64,000 nucleotides of DNA from Octopus vulgaris (GCA_951406725.2 OX597822.1:111848001-111912000), one strand, 5' to 3'; shown: positions 13,671-25,485, counted from the first letter of the stretch. Notes: generated by a model not told the origin, from the sequence alone. Translations and numbers: made by a program.

Positions 13671-14079
13671 GGCGCAGGAGTGGCTGTGTGGTAAGTAGCT
13701 TGCTAACCAACCACATGGTTCCAGGTTCAGTCCCACTGCGTGGCATCTTGGGCAAGTGTCTTCTGCTATAGCCCCGGGCCGACCAATGCCTTGTGAGTGG
13801 ATTTGGTAGACGGAAACTGAAAGAAGCCTGCCGTATATATGTATATATATATATATGTGTGTGTGCGTGTTTGTGTGTCTGTGTTTGTCTCCCTAGCATT
13901 GCTTGACAACCGATGCAGGTGTGTTTACGTCCCCGTTACTTAGCGGTTCGGCAAAAGAGACCGATAGAATAAGTACTAGGCTTACAAAGAATAAGTCCTG
14001 GAGTCGATTTGCTCGACTAAAGGCGGTGCTCCAGCATGGCCGCAGTCAAATGACTGAAACAAGTAAAAGAGTAAAGAGT
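13671..14079 (+). mobile_element. tRNA-derived SINE family C with internal (TA)n(TG)n and (AGAGTAAA)n tail
   Basis: Head GGCGCAGGAGTGGCTGTGTGGTAAG..GGTTCAGTCCC and a CTTGGGCAAGTG motif. Eight copies in the window. Confidence 0.9.
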
Positions 14080-14195
14080 ATATGCTTCTAAATATGTATC
14101 ATTGTGTGTTATACCTTACTATACCGAATATATATACCTGAGGAAAACTTATATTATGAAAATGTGTGTGTTCATTTCACTGCTGATTAGAAAGA

Positions 14196-14577
14196 GGAGG
14201 CGCATTGGCCCAGTGGTTAGGGCAGCGGACTCGCGGTCATAGGATCGCGGTTTCGATTCCCACACCGGGCGTTGTGAGTGCTTATTGAGCGAAAACACCT
14301 AAAGCTCCACGAGGCTCCGGCAGGGGATGGTGGTGATCCCTGCTGTACTCTTTCACCACAACTTTCTCTCACTCTTACTTCCTGTTTCTGTTGTACCTGT
14401 ATTTCAAAGGGCCGGCCTTGACACTCTCTGTGTCCCGCTGAATATCCCCGAGAACTACGTTAAGGGTACACGTGTCTGTGGAGTGCTCAGCCACTTACAC
14501 GTTAATTTCACGAGCAGGCTGTTCCGTTGATTCGGATCAACCGGAACCCTCATCGTCGTAACCGACGGAGTGCTTCC
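14196..14577 (+). mobile_element. SINE family A
   Basis: Homologous to 89-479. TSD GATTAGAAAGAG at 14185-14196 and 14578-14589. Confidence 0.9.
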
Positions 14578-15016
14578 GATTAGAAAGAGTAGCTGTAACC
14601 CTAATTGCATTGTTTTTACTTTTTAAAACTCAGCTTAAATTTGAAAGCTAATTTTATTAATTCTATCTTACCTGTTTGTTTCATTTAGATTTTTAATACT
14701 TCAAGATGGGATTTTTTTTTTTTGTCATCTGATAGCAAGAATAGTGTGATTTAATCTAAAAGTGTTCAACTTGTATATTCTATACGTGAGACTCGTCGGT
14801 AGACTATTTGTATACGACTTAACACTTCCAGTATAGTAGACATAATTAATAGACAAATTCAATAACCGCTGCTTAACAGGAAAATACAAAAATAGAAACA
14901 CTAATCGGAAAGTAATACGGCGCAATACAGCTGCAGGAGATTAAACAGAAACAGGAAAAAAAATTTGTAGCGAGAGTGAGTAATGTAAATACAGTGCAGA
15001 CAACTTCATGCCTGAC

Positions 15017-15420
15017 GCATGGAACATGGAAGCACTCCGTCGGTTACGACGACGAGGGTTCCGGTTGATCCGAATCAACGGAACAGCCTGCTCGTGAAAT
15101 TAACGTGTAAGTGTGCTGAGCACTCCACAGACACGTGTACCCTTAACGTAGTTCTCGGGGGATATTCAGCGTGACACAGAGAGTGACAAGGTCGGCCCCT
15201 TTGAAAAATACAGGTACAACAGAAACAGGAAGTAAGAGTGAGAGAAAGTTGTGGTGAAAGAGTACAGCAGGGATCACCACCATCCCCTGCCGGAGCCTCG
15301 TGGAGCTTTTTAGGTGTTTTCGCTCAATAAACACTCACAACGCCCGGTCTGGGAATCGAAACCGCGATCCTATGACCGCGAGTCCGCTGCCCTAACCACT
15401 GGGCCATTGCGCCTCCACCC
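15017..15420 (-). mobile_element. SINE family A
   Basis: Homologous to 89-479. TSD CATGCCTGAC at 15007-15016 and 15421-15430. Confidence 0.9.
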
Positions 15421-15795
15421 CATGCCTGACACTATCAAGGGATAGAAATACAGATGATCGGTTGGTGGCAAAACAAATCACTGAATGCAGTGAGTTAGAA
15501 CAGATTAGAAAGGAAATTCAACAAATATTTAAAGAGTAAGTTATACAAATTCAAATACAGAGTTGCAAACAATGGAAAATATCCTAAATATAAAAGCAGA
15601 GCGTTATTCACACAAGTTAGCACTGCATAGAAATAGTTGCGAATGTCATATAGATATAATGGCTTAAAACAAGGTGTACTCCATTTAATGTTTAACAACC
15701 AGGTGTTCTAGGAATAATAGAGAATGCTTGAAAAAACTAAAAATGCATTTGAAAAATAGATTAAAAAGGAGATAATTACTAAGAAAAGATAGATA

Positions 15796-16226
15796 GCGCA
15801 GGAGTGGCTGTGTGGTAAGTAGCTTGCTTACCAACCACATGGTTCTGGGTTCAGTCCCACTGCGTGGCATCTTGGGCAAAGTGTCTTCTGCTATAGCCCC
15901 GGGCCGACCAATGCCTTGTGAGTGGATTTGGTAGACGGAAACCGAAAGAAGCCTGTCGTATATATGTATATATATATATGTATGTATGTGTATGTATATG
16001 TTTGTGTGTCTGTGTTTGTCCCTCTAGCATTGCTTGACAACCGATGCTGGTGTGGTTACGTCTCCGTCACTTAGCGGTTCGGCAAAAGAGACCGATAGAA
16101 TAAGTACTGGGCTTACAAAAGAATAAGTCCCGGGGTCGATTTGCTCGACTAAAAAAAGGCGGTGCTCCAGCATGGCCGCAGTCAAATGACTGAAACAAGT
16201 AAAAGAGTAAAAGAGAGAAAAGAGTA
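15796..16226 (+). mobile_element. SINE family C
   Basis: Homologous to 13671-14079. Confidence 0.9.
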
Positions 16227-16514
16227 AGTAAAATATGTGAGAGTTCATTTAGAGAGAAATATCCCAGCCAGAATGGAATTAGGGGTGGAATTAGGGGTGG
16301 ATATCTCACTTTCCTGTAGGGAAGTGACGTATGAAGGGAAAAACGCGAGGCCAGCATGATTTAAATTAAAAGAAATATCAATTACACGGGATGCTGCCTC
16401 TGATGAAGAGGAAATCCTCATCACTGGAGAAGGGACCTCTTCATTGTGGGCCATGGGAGGAGTCTATATGCTTTGGCATTTCTTGATTGATTTTTGAATC
16501 ATATGTATATATGT

Positions 16515-16818
16515 GGAGGCGCAATGGCCTAGTGGTTAGGGCAGCGGACTCGCGGTCGCAGGATCGCGGTTTCGATTCCCAGACCGGGCGTTGTGAGTGT
16601 TTATTGAGCGAAAACACCTAAAAGTTCCACGAGGCTCCGGCAGGGGGGTGGTGATCCTTGCTGTACTCTTTCACCACTCTTTCTCCCACTCTTTCTTCTG
16701 TTGGCCTGCTCGCTTAGCCAGCGAGGTGGCGTCATTCGAAGGCTAAAACAATGCGAACGCATTGTGACCAGCGATGTGTAACAACATCTGATGGTCTGGT
16801 CGGTCACGTGATCACGTG
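16515..16818 (+). mobile_element. SINE family A2 (family A head, RTE-like 3' tail)
   Basis: The first ~180 bp match family A. The 3' part differs and ends TGTGACCAGCGATGT...CTGATGGTCTGGTCGGTCACGTGATCACGTG. Flanks ATGTATATATGTG are duplicated. Confidence 0.85.
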
Positions 16819-17417
16819 ATGTATATATGTGTATTTGTATGTCTGTGTGTACCCGCATGCAGATGTTTGCCAGCACATTATTCGACTTCATGCTGATAAC
16901 AATAAGAGACGCAGGTGTATAAGGTAAATTTTATTCTCACTTAAAAGGGAATGTTCTATCAAAACAAACTTTACTGCGGAAGATACCATAAAATAAACTC
17001 TTGTATTGGCTTTGTGGTGCAGCGATATCTAGATTGATAGTGCAAGGACGGTTAAAAAAAGCAAACTCGCTACTCGCAAGACAAGCGCCTATTCTGGCAC
17101 TGCCGATCCCTGGCGAGGAAATAAATCGCAGGTTTCGCTAGTGGTTAAATGCCCATCGTAAAGAAGACCAAAAAAGGTCGAAATTACGTGATCTGTTGGA
17201 CACGTTGCTGGGGGTAGAGGGAATTTTTCTCCCTTCTAGCGACATGAACAGCAGTGCATTTTGCAATCAAAAGTTAATACGAAAGCTCCTATCAAGGATA
17301 ATTCGCAATAAATTCTTCCCTAATAGAAAATTCACGTTTATGTGTGTGTGTGTGGGTGGGTGGGTAACTGTACTGTTACCTGTTGGTATTAATACTGTCT
17401 CTCCTTATATATATATA

Positions 17418-17630
17418 CCAAAATGTGACCTCGTGCGTACCGTTGGCGATTTTTTTCCCTCTGTCTTCCCTTCTCGGGATCTTTCCTTCTCCTATGTTTC
17501 CGACGAAGAGCTCCGTTCGAAACGTTAAACCCTCCTTCTTCCCTTCTTTCCTGAGCGTCCAATTATACTATATTTGTTCCACGTCCTCACGTTGTTGTGT
17601 TTTTTTGTGCTTTCTTGTTTGGATTAACTT
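17418..17630 (+). mobile_element. Solo Penelope-like pLTR fragment in (TA)n
   Basis: Flanked by TA repeats on both sides. Contains a minimal hammerhead-like motif at 17496-17530. Confidence 0.6.
17496..17530 (+). ncRNA. Minimal hammerhead ribozyme-like motif (U4C variant)
   Basis: GTTT-CCGACGA-A-GAGC TCC GTTC-GAAAC-GT-T-AAAC: stem I GTTT/AAAC, stem II GAGC/GTTC, palindromic ACGT stem III. Confidence 0.55.
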
Positions 17631-17643
17631 TATATATATATAC

Positions 17644-17674
<31 letters not shown>

Positions 17675-18073
17675 TGTATGTATGTATGTATGTATGTATG
17701 TATGTATGTATGTATGTATGTATATACGCAGTGTGTTCGTGTGGGTTTAACAAGCTAACTGGCTAATCGTGACACATGTGCATGTTCTGATGCGGGGAAT
17801 CTACATAATGCTGGGCGGGGGGATGAACCACTGTTGTCTCTAGTAGTCATTTGTCCATCATTTACAAGACCATTCAACGTCGAAATCACGTGATTTGGTG
17901 GTCACAGCGCCGGAGGTAGCGTAGGTTTATCTCCCCGCTACCGATATAAACAAAATGGCGTTTTGAACCACAATGTCAATATGAGAGTTTCTCTCATGGG
18001 AACTGCCGCTGTAAGGTTTCTTCTAACAGAATATTCACACTGAAGTGGGGATAAATATTACTTCTCGGTATTA

Positions 18074-18214
18074 TAAGGTTGTCCCAAAAGTTCGTAGAAA
18101 GTCTTGGAAAATAATGGTTTTTATTTTGAGGAATAATTTTTGTTGTTTTTGTTAGTACTTAGCGAGTAAAAATTCAATTTTCGCAAGTGTTTACGAACTT
18201 TTGGGACAACCTAA
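18074..18214. mobile_element. Tc1/mariner-type MITE
   Basis: TIRs AGGTTGTCCCAAAAGTTCGTA / TACGAACTTTTGGGACAACCT with TA on both outer flanks. Confidence 0.85.
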
Positions 18215-18455
18215 TAATTCTGCCTCTATCACTAATGTATATAAGTGGATAAGAATATACTATTAAGGGATACTCGTTCTCAACAACACACCGTGGTGTT
18301 TTCTGTTATTGTTTCCTTATCTTAAAAGCTTCCAATCAGTAAGCATTTGCAGAACTGCTATTACTTCATTGATAAGGGACCTCAAAATATTAATCGATCA
18401 GTTTTAAGCCCTTTTTCTCATAGCCGCTTACAGGTCAGGTACGTATAATCCAGTT

Positions 18456-19308
18456 GTAGATTTGGAGGAAATAAAGTGTTTTTCATCCATCCTAACTCTG
18501 AACATTACAAGAATAACACCGCTGATATTTGACCTCTAACATAAAACCAAACCAAAAGTGGACGAACCCCTGATGTTCTGATGTTGATCGATTTTCTTTT
18601 AACCAACAGTTCTTCGCCAAGGGATCCAAGCGCTGCAACATCTGTGTAAGAATTGTGTGAACCGCAAGCGTGACTATGTAGACGAAGGAACGTTATCTGA
18701 TCACATTCTCTGGGAGTATCTTGATCAGTCTATGAACTTTTCAGCCGACCCTCATAAATTAGATATTTTCTGATTGTAAAAATTCAAAGGAAACTAACAT
18801 TACGGTGGAAAACAGTAGATAACGCATGTAACTTCAGCAAACTTTCAGTTCGTATACTGACATTTAAACATTTTCAAAAGATAGCATTTCGAATGCAATT
18901 TATAATCGATTATACAGAAGCCTACCTTGAAATAAATCGACTAGATTTGCGAAATGAGCAAATGCGTGGCAGAATTCTATCCTTAAACTTGTATTTCTTT
19001 CACAGAAGCTAGCAATTTGTTGCGAGAAAAAAGAAAAATAACGTTCTCACGCATTGCTAAAGTGCCAGATCTTTCCTCCATACTCAAAAGTTCAGTTCGA
19101 AGCAATCACTTCTGTTACATGAAAGGAACTCTGTTCCAAATTGAGAAGATACTTTGAAATGGTATGCACATTTTATTCAAAAGGGTGAGAATACGGGTTC
19201 GTCCACTTTTGGTTTGGTTTTATGTTAGAGGTCAAGTATTAGCGGTGTTATTCTTGTAATGCTCAGAGTTAGGATGGATGAAAAACACTTTATTTCCTCC
19301 AAATCTAC
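18456..19308. repeat. 114-bp inverted repeat pair (18456-18569 / 19195-19308)
   Basis: Arms are reverse complements with only a few mismatches. Spacer is about 625 bp. Confidence 0.85.
18640..18756 (+). mobile_element. Mariner-like transposon 3' end remnant
   Basis: NCVNRKRDYVDE resembles the mariner C-terminal KC...GDY.E motif. It is followed by TIR-like CTATGAACTTTTCAGCCGACCCTCATA. Confidence 0.55.
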
Positions 19309-19757
19309 TGCTCAAGACGAAGCCCATAACTATCTCATTGAAAAATGTATTAGAAAGATGGACATAGATCTGGCTCACCATATCAATTGGTTTTGGGACA
19401 ATATCATAAACATTTCGGTTTCTTAAGAAATAATATGACTTACAAGTTGTTCATTACACAGTCTTATCATCGTTGATATAACAGTTAAATGAAACACTGT
19501 TACCTGATTAACTAGACATAAGGAGTTAAGATGGAACGCGTTCAGAATATTTTCTTTTTTTTAAATCTTCTCATCCTCGACTATGTCAAACTGCTAAGGC
19601 TACGGCGCGAACGTTTGCAAATGAGACAGCCTGGATATTGATATGAAGGAATACTACCATCTAAAAGTGAGTATCTTTAGAAATTTCAGCAACAACAGAG
19701 ATGATACAGTCAAACATTATTTTTAGAGAAATATAAGCTCGTGTACACAAACACACA

Positions 19758-19789
<32 letters not shown>

Positions 19790-19914
19790 TACACAAAGAC
19801 CAACAAACATACGCACACGCACACATACACACACTCATACACACACACGCACACACGCGTATATATGGGTGTGTTTGTGTTTGTGAGTGTATATGTATAT
19901 ATATATATATATAT

Positions 19915-22195
19915 ATCACTTTGACTTGATCACTTTGACCGACCAGTCCGTCAGGCGTCCATTTGACACCGCTGGTCACAGCACGCTGTCCACTCCTCGC
20001 TGGATCGCGCCTTTCTCATCCACGTGATCCCAATCGTCCTCCTGAAATCGTCACTCCGCCGTCGTGGAGGTCTTCCGGGTGGTCTTTTCCGCTCACGCGG
20101 GTACCACTCGACAACTGCGTGCGTCCACCGATTATCGGTGAGCCGGGCGATGTGTCCAGCCCATCTATACTTGCTGCGAGTATACTCTGCGATGACATCT
20201 CTCACGCCGGACTTCTTTCTGATGCTGCTGCTATTTATGTGCTCTCTCAACGAGATACCAAGCATTGACCTTTCTATGGCTCTTTGAGCCGTTATCAATC
20301 TTTGCTCTTCTCTCTTTGTGGTAGCCCATGTTTCACTACCATATAACATTGCAGGCAGAACTGCACTGTTAATGAGGTTGGCGCGGGTGGTCCTGTCCAA
20401 CCTTCCCTTGAGCATATCCCTTGGCTACCATGGCAGAGGCGAGGCAGCTCTACATCGGAAACAGCCTATTCAGGAAGAGGGAGAGGAAGAGATGGACTTG
20501 GATATCGCCGAACTCTAAGCACCGAAGCGAGATCGACTACATCCTGGTTGATAAGCGACGCATATTGCATGACGTCTCCGTCGTGACGCCATTCAACACC
20601 GGCAGCGATCATCGTCTGGTAAGGGCGAGGGTCGTCATCCACGAGAAGAGGGAGAAGATGGCGTTATATTTGGCGTCGAAGGGAAAAAGCGTCCGAGTCT
20701 ACAACGAGGCAAAGCTGCAGGAAGCCATCATGCAGAAAGACTGGTGCCAAGGAGACGACATAGACGATGACTACAACTCATTGATAGGGAAACTGAAGGA
20801 GTGTTTAAGGAAGGCTAAGGGTGTATGCCCAAGAGAAAAGAAGGGAAGAATCTCGGAAGAAACTACGAAGTTACTCGAGAAGAGGAAAAATATGAAGAGG
20901 ACTATTGAAGATCACCTTGAATATTCCATTCTCAGCAGAGTGATTCGTCAACAACTAAAGAAATACTTTGAGGCATACCGGATGGAGAAGCTTTTGAAGG
21001 CCGCAGAGGAAAAGAAGAGCCTCAAGAAATGCAAGAGGGACATGGTACTATATAGATCGGAGGTGACGGCCCTGAAAAATACAGATGGAATACCGGTCAA
21101 CGAGAAGAGCGAGATGAAAAAAGTTTGTGAAGACTTCTACACCAAGCTCTTTAAGTCTACCAGCCGTTACCACCACTCCAACAGGAAGAAAACGTGCCAC
21201 CTATCCTTGTCAGTGAGGTTGAAAGAGCCATCGGCTCGATGAAAAACGGAAAGGCTCCAGGAAAGACGGTATAACATCGGAGGTGCTAAAGTCAGGCAGA
21301 GAGCAGCTCTGGAAAATCCTCGCTGAGCGATTTACGCACTATCTAGACGAGGAAGAATTCCCTCGCAGTGGAAAGAGTCAAATACCATCCTGCTGTATAA
21401 GAAGGGCGACAGAGAAGATCTAAAGAACTACCGACCCATATGCCTGCTGTCTCACGTGTACAAGCTGTTCACGAAGATAATTCTGAACAGGTTGTCACGT
21501 CGTCTCGACGAACAACAACCGAGGGAGCAAGCAGGCTTCCGGAAGAACTACAGCACAATGGACCATATATTTGCTCTAACGCAACTGCTTGAGCGAGCAA
21601 ATGAGTACAAGCTGCCTCTTTGCGTTGCGTTTATAGATTATGAGAAGGCCTTCGATAGCGTCGAAACCAACGCAGTGCTGAACTCGCTGCAGAGGCAAGG
21701 AATCGAAGCGCAATATGTGCAGCTGCTCAGGGTGGCAAATTCCGGATGCACCACCGACATAGCTCTACTGTCATCACCCATACGAGTGCCGGTCGAGAAG
21801 GGAGTGAAGCAAGGAGATACAATCTCCCAAAAACTTTTCACTGCATGTCTCGAACAGATCATCAGAGGCATCGAATGGCAAGGTGGTGTCAACATCAATG
21901 GCGAGCTCCTCACTCACCTCCGTTTCGCTGACGACATCGTACTCATCGCTGAAAACATGGATCAGCTTCAGACCATGCTGACGGAGCTCGACATCAAAAG
22001 TTCTGCAGTAGGTCTCAAGATGAACCGCATGAAAACAAAGTTCATGCGGTCAGACAACATACCAACAGGTCGAATGGTGATCGGCAGTGATGAAACAGAG
22101 GAGGTGAGAGAATATGTCTACCTGGGACAAGTAAATATGTGCCGGGATATCAAAAAGGAGATCTCACGGAGATTAAGGGACGGATGGAAGGCGTT

Positions 22196-22198
<3 letters not shown>
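19915..22198 (-). mobile_element. RTE-clade LINE, 5'-truncated with inverted 5' segment
   Basis: 3' segment on the minus strand 19915-20420 (MLKGRLDRTTRANLINSAVLPAMLYGSETW...CDQRCQMDA*, short UTR with TCAAAGTGA repeats). The upstream EN-RT segment lies on the plus strand 20421-22198. (TA)n on both flanks. Confidence 0.9.
20421..22198 (+). pseudogene. RTE ORF: C-terminal APE endonuclease plus reverse transcriptase, frameshifted
   Basis: APE motifs WTW.SPN..EIDYIL and SDHRLV. RT motifs KNYRPICLLS, EQAGFR, FIDYEKAFDSV, GVKQGDTIS and LRFADDIVL. Frameshifts around 21160-21270. Confidence 0.9.
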
Positions 22199-22254
<56 letters not shown>

Positions 22255-22548
22255 TAGATAAGTGGTACAACAAGGCACCAATATTTACTGGAAAATAGCA
22301 ATCGATACAAATACGAAGCTATTGTATAGCTTCACTGCATGTATACTAGCAAAGGCGTGAAAAAAATTTGTCTTACCTCTAGGAAGAACGTTCGATAAAT
22401 GGACAACCTAGAATCGAGTAATGCAGGGCCGGTTTCTGACACTTCAAATACGTTTGACAACGTAAATTTCATTAGTCTTCATCAGCTGCATTTACCTCGA
22501 CAATATTTCAAATGTTGTCACATCAATATATATATATATATATATATA

Positions 22549-22700
22549 CCAGTATTTATGCGTTGATGAATTTGAAACGGCAATGAAGAAGGGCTGGGAA
22601 TAGCGTCCAATTGATCTGCTGCAAAAGTCGATTGTAAGCATGGAATCACGTGTTTTAGAAGTAAATAATAAAGGCTGTTGCCAAACACGCCATTGTTGAT
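22549..22700 (+). mobile_element. Tc1-like transposase C-terminal remnant
   Basis: Reads DEFETAMKKGWE*RPIDLLQKSIVSMESRVLEVNNKGCCQTRH, matching the Tc1 C-terminal pattern W......L..SM..R...V....G..T.Y. Confidence 0.45.
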
Positions 22701-23133
22701 GCATTGCATAAGAATATAATTGAAATATATCACATTTTCTCTCTTTCGCATCACTTTCGCTACCTTATTCAACTTGGTGTTAAAGTTTCCAACAGGGGGT
22801 TTATGGTGGCTCTGTATATTTTTTCTGCATTATTATCAAATTTATTTTTGGATTTCAATAAATTTGAATATTGCAATGCCTTCTATTCCATTTCCTATCA
22901 AGAGGGGAGTCTCATGAATTTGGGTAGTATAATTTGCTAGAAAAAAAATAGACACTGCATTGGCTCTATAGTTTTGAAGAGCAATTTACATCCATCCATC
23001 CATACATACATACATACATAATACATACATATATATATATATATATATACATATATATGTGTGTGTGCGAGAGTGTGTGAGTGTTTGTATATATGCGTAT
23101 ACATGCATACATGTATATACACATACACACACA

Positions 23134-23193
<60 letters not shown>

Positions 23194-24061
23194 TTCATCA
23201 TATTGATGTAGATAGCAAAATACAGTTAGTATGTTCTTGTAAGTTAATTTCCAAACACAATGCTTCTCATCCAATGGATGCAACCATGCTGTGGGTAGAA
23301 CTACATAGATAGTAATTCCTCTATTTAGATTTAAAACCATTATATGTCAATCAATACTTCGTTTCCTGAACTTTGGTGGAACTCTAGAGTGATCATAGCT
23401 TTTTAAAATACCAGGAATATTTTTCCTCAAATGTCATGCTTGTGTCTCGCAAATAACGCATGTGAAAAGCTAATCCTTCATGCACAGTTGAGAGGTAAAT
23501 AAGAGCAGGATGATCGCTTGAGTAATATCCTGTGACGAAAGGCTGTATTATTAACATTTCACTGGGCATGAAAACACTCTCCTCATAAAACCCAAACAAT
23601 GCAAAATAACCTGTAGCCGTTGGTACACAGTCTTAGCAGGATATATGGTATGGTCATGGCTGGAAAGCTAGTCTCCTGGATACTCAGAGAAATAATGTAT
23701 TTGACACCTCGGGTTTTACAGACGCAATATTCGTTATCATAACAATTATTCAAAATAGAAGATGAATTATATGTGGCTGATTGAAGTTCTACTCCCTGCT
23801 AAAACAAGGTGGGGCATTGATCTAATGCAATCACTAATAGTACCCAACGGGGGTGGGTGGAATGGAAGCAACATCCCTGCGAAAACAAGGACAACGGGAA
23901 AACAGTAATGATTAGTTTGCCCATACACAGACGTACAACACAAGCACTGACACGTTTTCCTGTTTAGAATTGTGTGTTTTAAAAACTAATTCTCTCTACA
24001 TTACTTGGGTAGCAGCGAAATAAAAAGATACCGTATGCGCCCTAGTCATAAACTATATATA

Positions 24062-24261
24062 TATTTCTTTACTACCCACAAGGAGCTAAACACAGAGGGG
24101 ACAAACAAAGACAGACAAACGGATTAAGTCGATTACATCGGCCCCAGAGCGTAACTGGTACTTAATTTATCGACCCCGAAAGGATGAAAGGCAAAGTCGA
24201 CCTCGGCGGAATTTGAACGCGGAACGTAACGACAGATGAAATACGGCTACGCATTTCGCCC
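24062..24261 (-). mobile_element. SINE family B, 5'-truncated
   Basis: 17-bp TSD GTCATAAACTATATATA at 24045-24061 and 24262-24278. Confidence 0.9.
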
Positions 24262-24320
24262 GTCATAAACTATATATAGCATGACACATGCTATATATGT
24301 TGCTATTTATCTTCATAAAC

Positions 24321-24555
24321 TGAGGTTACCGTGGTCTTTTCTGTAGGCTTTTCTTCCCCCGGATGAACCCAATCTTGTTTCTTAATGTTTTAAAAAAAAT
24401 TGTTTCTGTGATACACTCCACGATTTCTTTTTTTTTTTTTTTTTTCCCCGATTCCTTTTGATCGGAATTTTACATTTATTTCCTTTTCGAAAAGAAAAGC
24501 TCTACGTTTGTATTTGTCCCCTCTGTATTCAACCCTGTGTGGCCAATAAAGAAAG
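24321..24555 (+). mobile_element. 5'-truncated LINE 3' UTR insertion sharing its tail with SINE B
   Basis: 14-bp TSD TTATCTTCATAAAC at 24307-24320 and 24556-24569. Ends TTTGTCCCCTCTGTATTCAACCCTGTGTGGCCAATAAAGAAA. Confidence 0.75.
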
Positions 24556-25311
24556 TTATCTTCATAAACGATGACAAACTTAGTATTTGAAGGTGAATGT
24601 GAATCGAACGCTTATATTTAGAACAGCTTGTTTAACTCCTAACGGTCATTTAAACAGCGATGTATGAGCAAACAAAAACAAAAACAAAGTTTGTCAGTTC
24701 TAACATTACAAGTAGATTGTATTACATATCGATACTGAAACTGGTGTAAATAACATGAGTCAGCATGTGCAGTATATGCTCTGGTTGCAACGATGATACT
24801 GCAATTGTCTGATCATGTTAAATGTCATTAGGAAATACGATGTTTGAAATAATAATGTGAAATTGTGCTTCTTTTATTTGATTACATAGATTTTGTGCAA
24901 TAAAGAGCAAACGTTATTCACTTTGAAGATATTTAGTATAATTGGTAATAATCCATTGATGACGGAATGCTGTGGTTACTAGTTCACATAAAAAAGCAGA
25001 GTTGAAACAATTATAGATGTTTGTGTAATTCAATACCAATTCATAAATTCATGATTAATTTATATAACGAAGATGAAAATAAATTATATTGCACAGTGAT
25101 GAAAGCCCCTCGGGTTTTACAGACGCAAAATTCGTTAAGTTATCTTAACAATTATTCACAATAGAATATGAATTATATGTGACTGATTGAATCAATTCTA
25201 CTCCCTCCTAAAACAATGTGGTGCATTGATCTAATGCAATCACAAATAGAATCCAACGGGGAGGAGGATTAATGGAAGCTAACCTTTCATTTGTGGGGAC
25301 CAATATAAGAA

Positions 25312-25346
<35 letters not shown>

Positions 25347-25417
25347 ATTTAATAAATAAAACATATGCATACATAGATACATATATGTACATACCTACAT
25401 CTATATGTATATATACA

Positions 25418-25481
<64 letters not shown>

Positions 25482-25485
<4 letters not shown>

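Larger units (their letters stand above)
23708..25278. repeat. Diverged ~170-bp direct repeat (23708-23870 and 25108-25278)
   Basis: Both copies begin CCTCGGGTTTTACAGACGCAA and share GCATTGATCTAATGCAATCAC. Confidence 0.8.

Noticed and set aside
14196-14270. tRNA-like sequences at SINE heads
   Set aside because: They are followed by SINE bodies and TSDs, and I could not fold a complete cloverleaf. Not called as tRNA genes.
13645-14530. Recurrent ORFs such as MVVIPAVLFHH... and ...RLPNPLTR...GTEPGTMW
   Set aside because: They are incidental frames within non-coding SINE copies.
15430-15790. GLKQG-like RT motif in A-rich sequence, and similar faint LINE traces near 500-1080, 40200-40900 and 49300-50160
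   Set aside because: Too degenerate to assign boundaries or a family by eye.
16274-16300. GGAATTAGGGGT twice, telomere-like
   Set aside because: Only a 12-bp tandem duplication, not a TTAGGG array.
23393-23599. 68-aa minus-strand ORF as a possible exon or transposase remnant
   Set aside because: No convincing motif or splice-site support.
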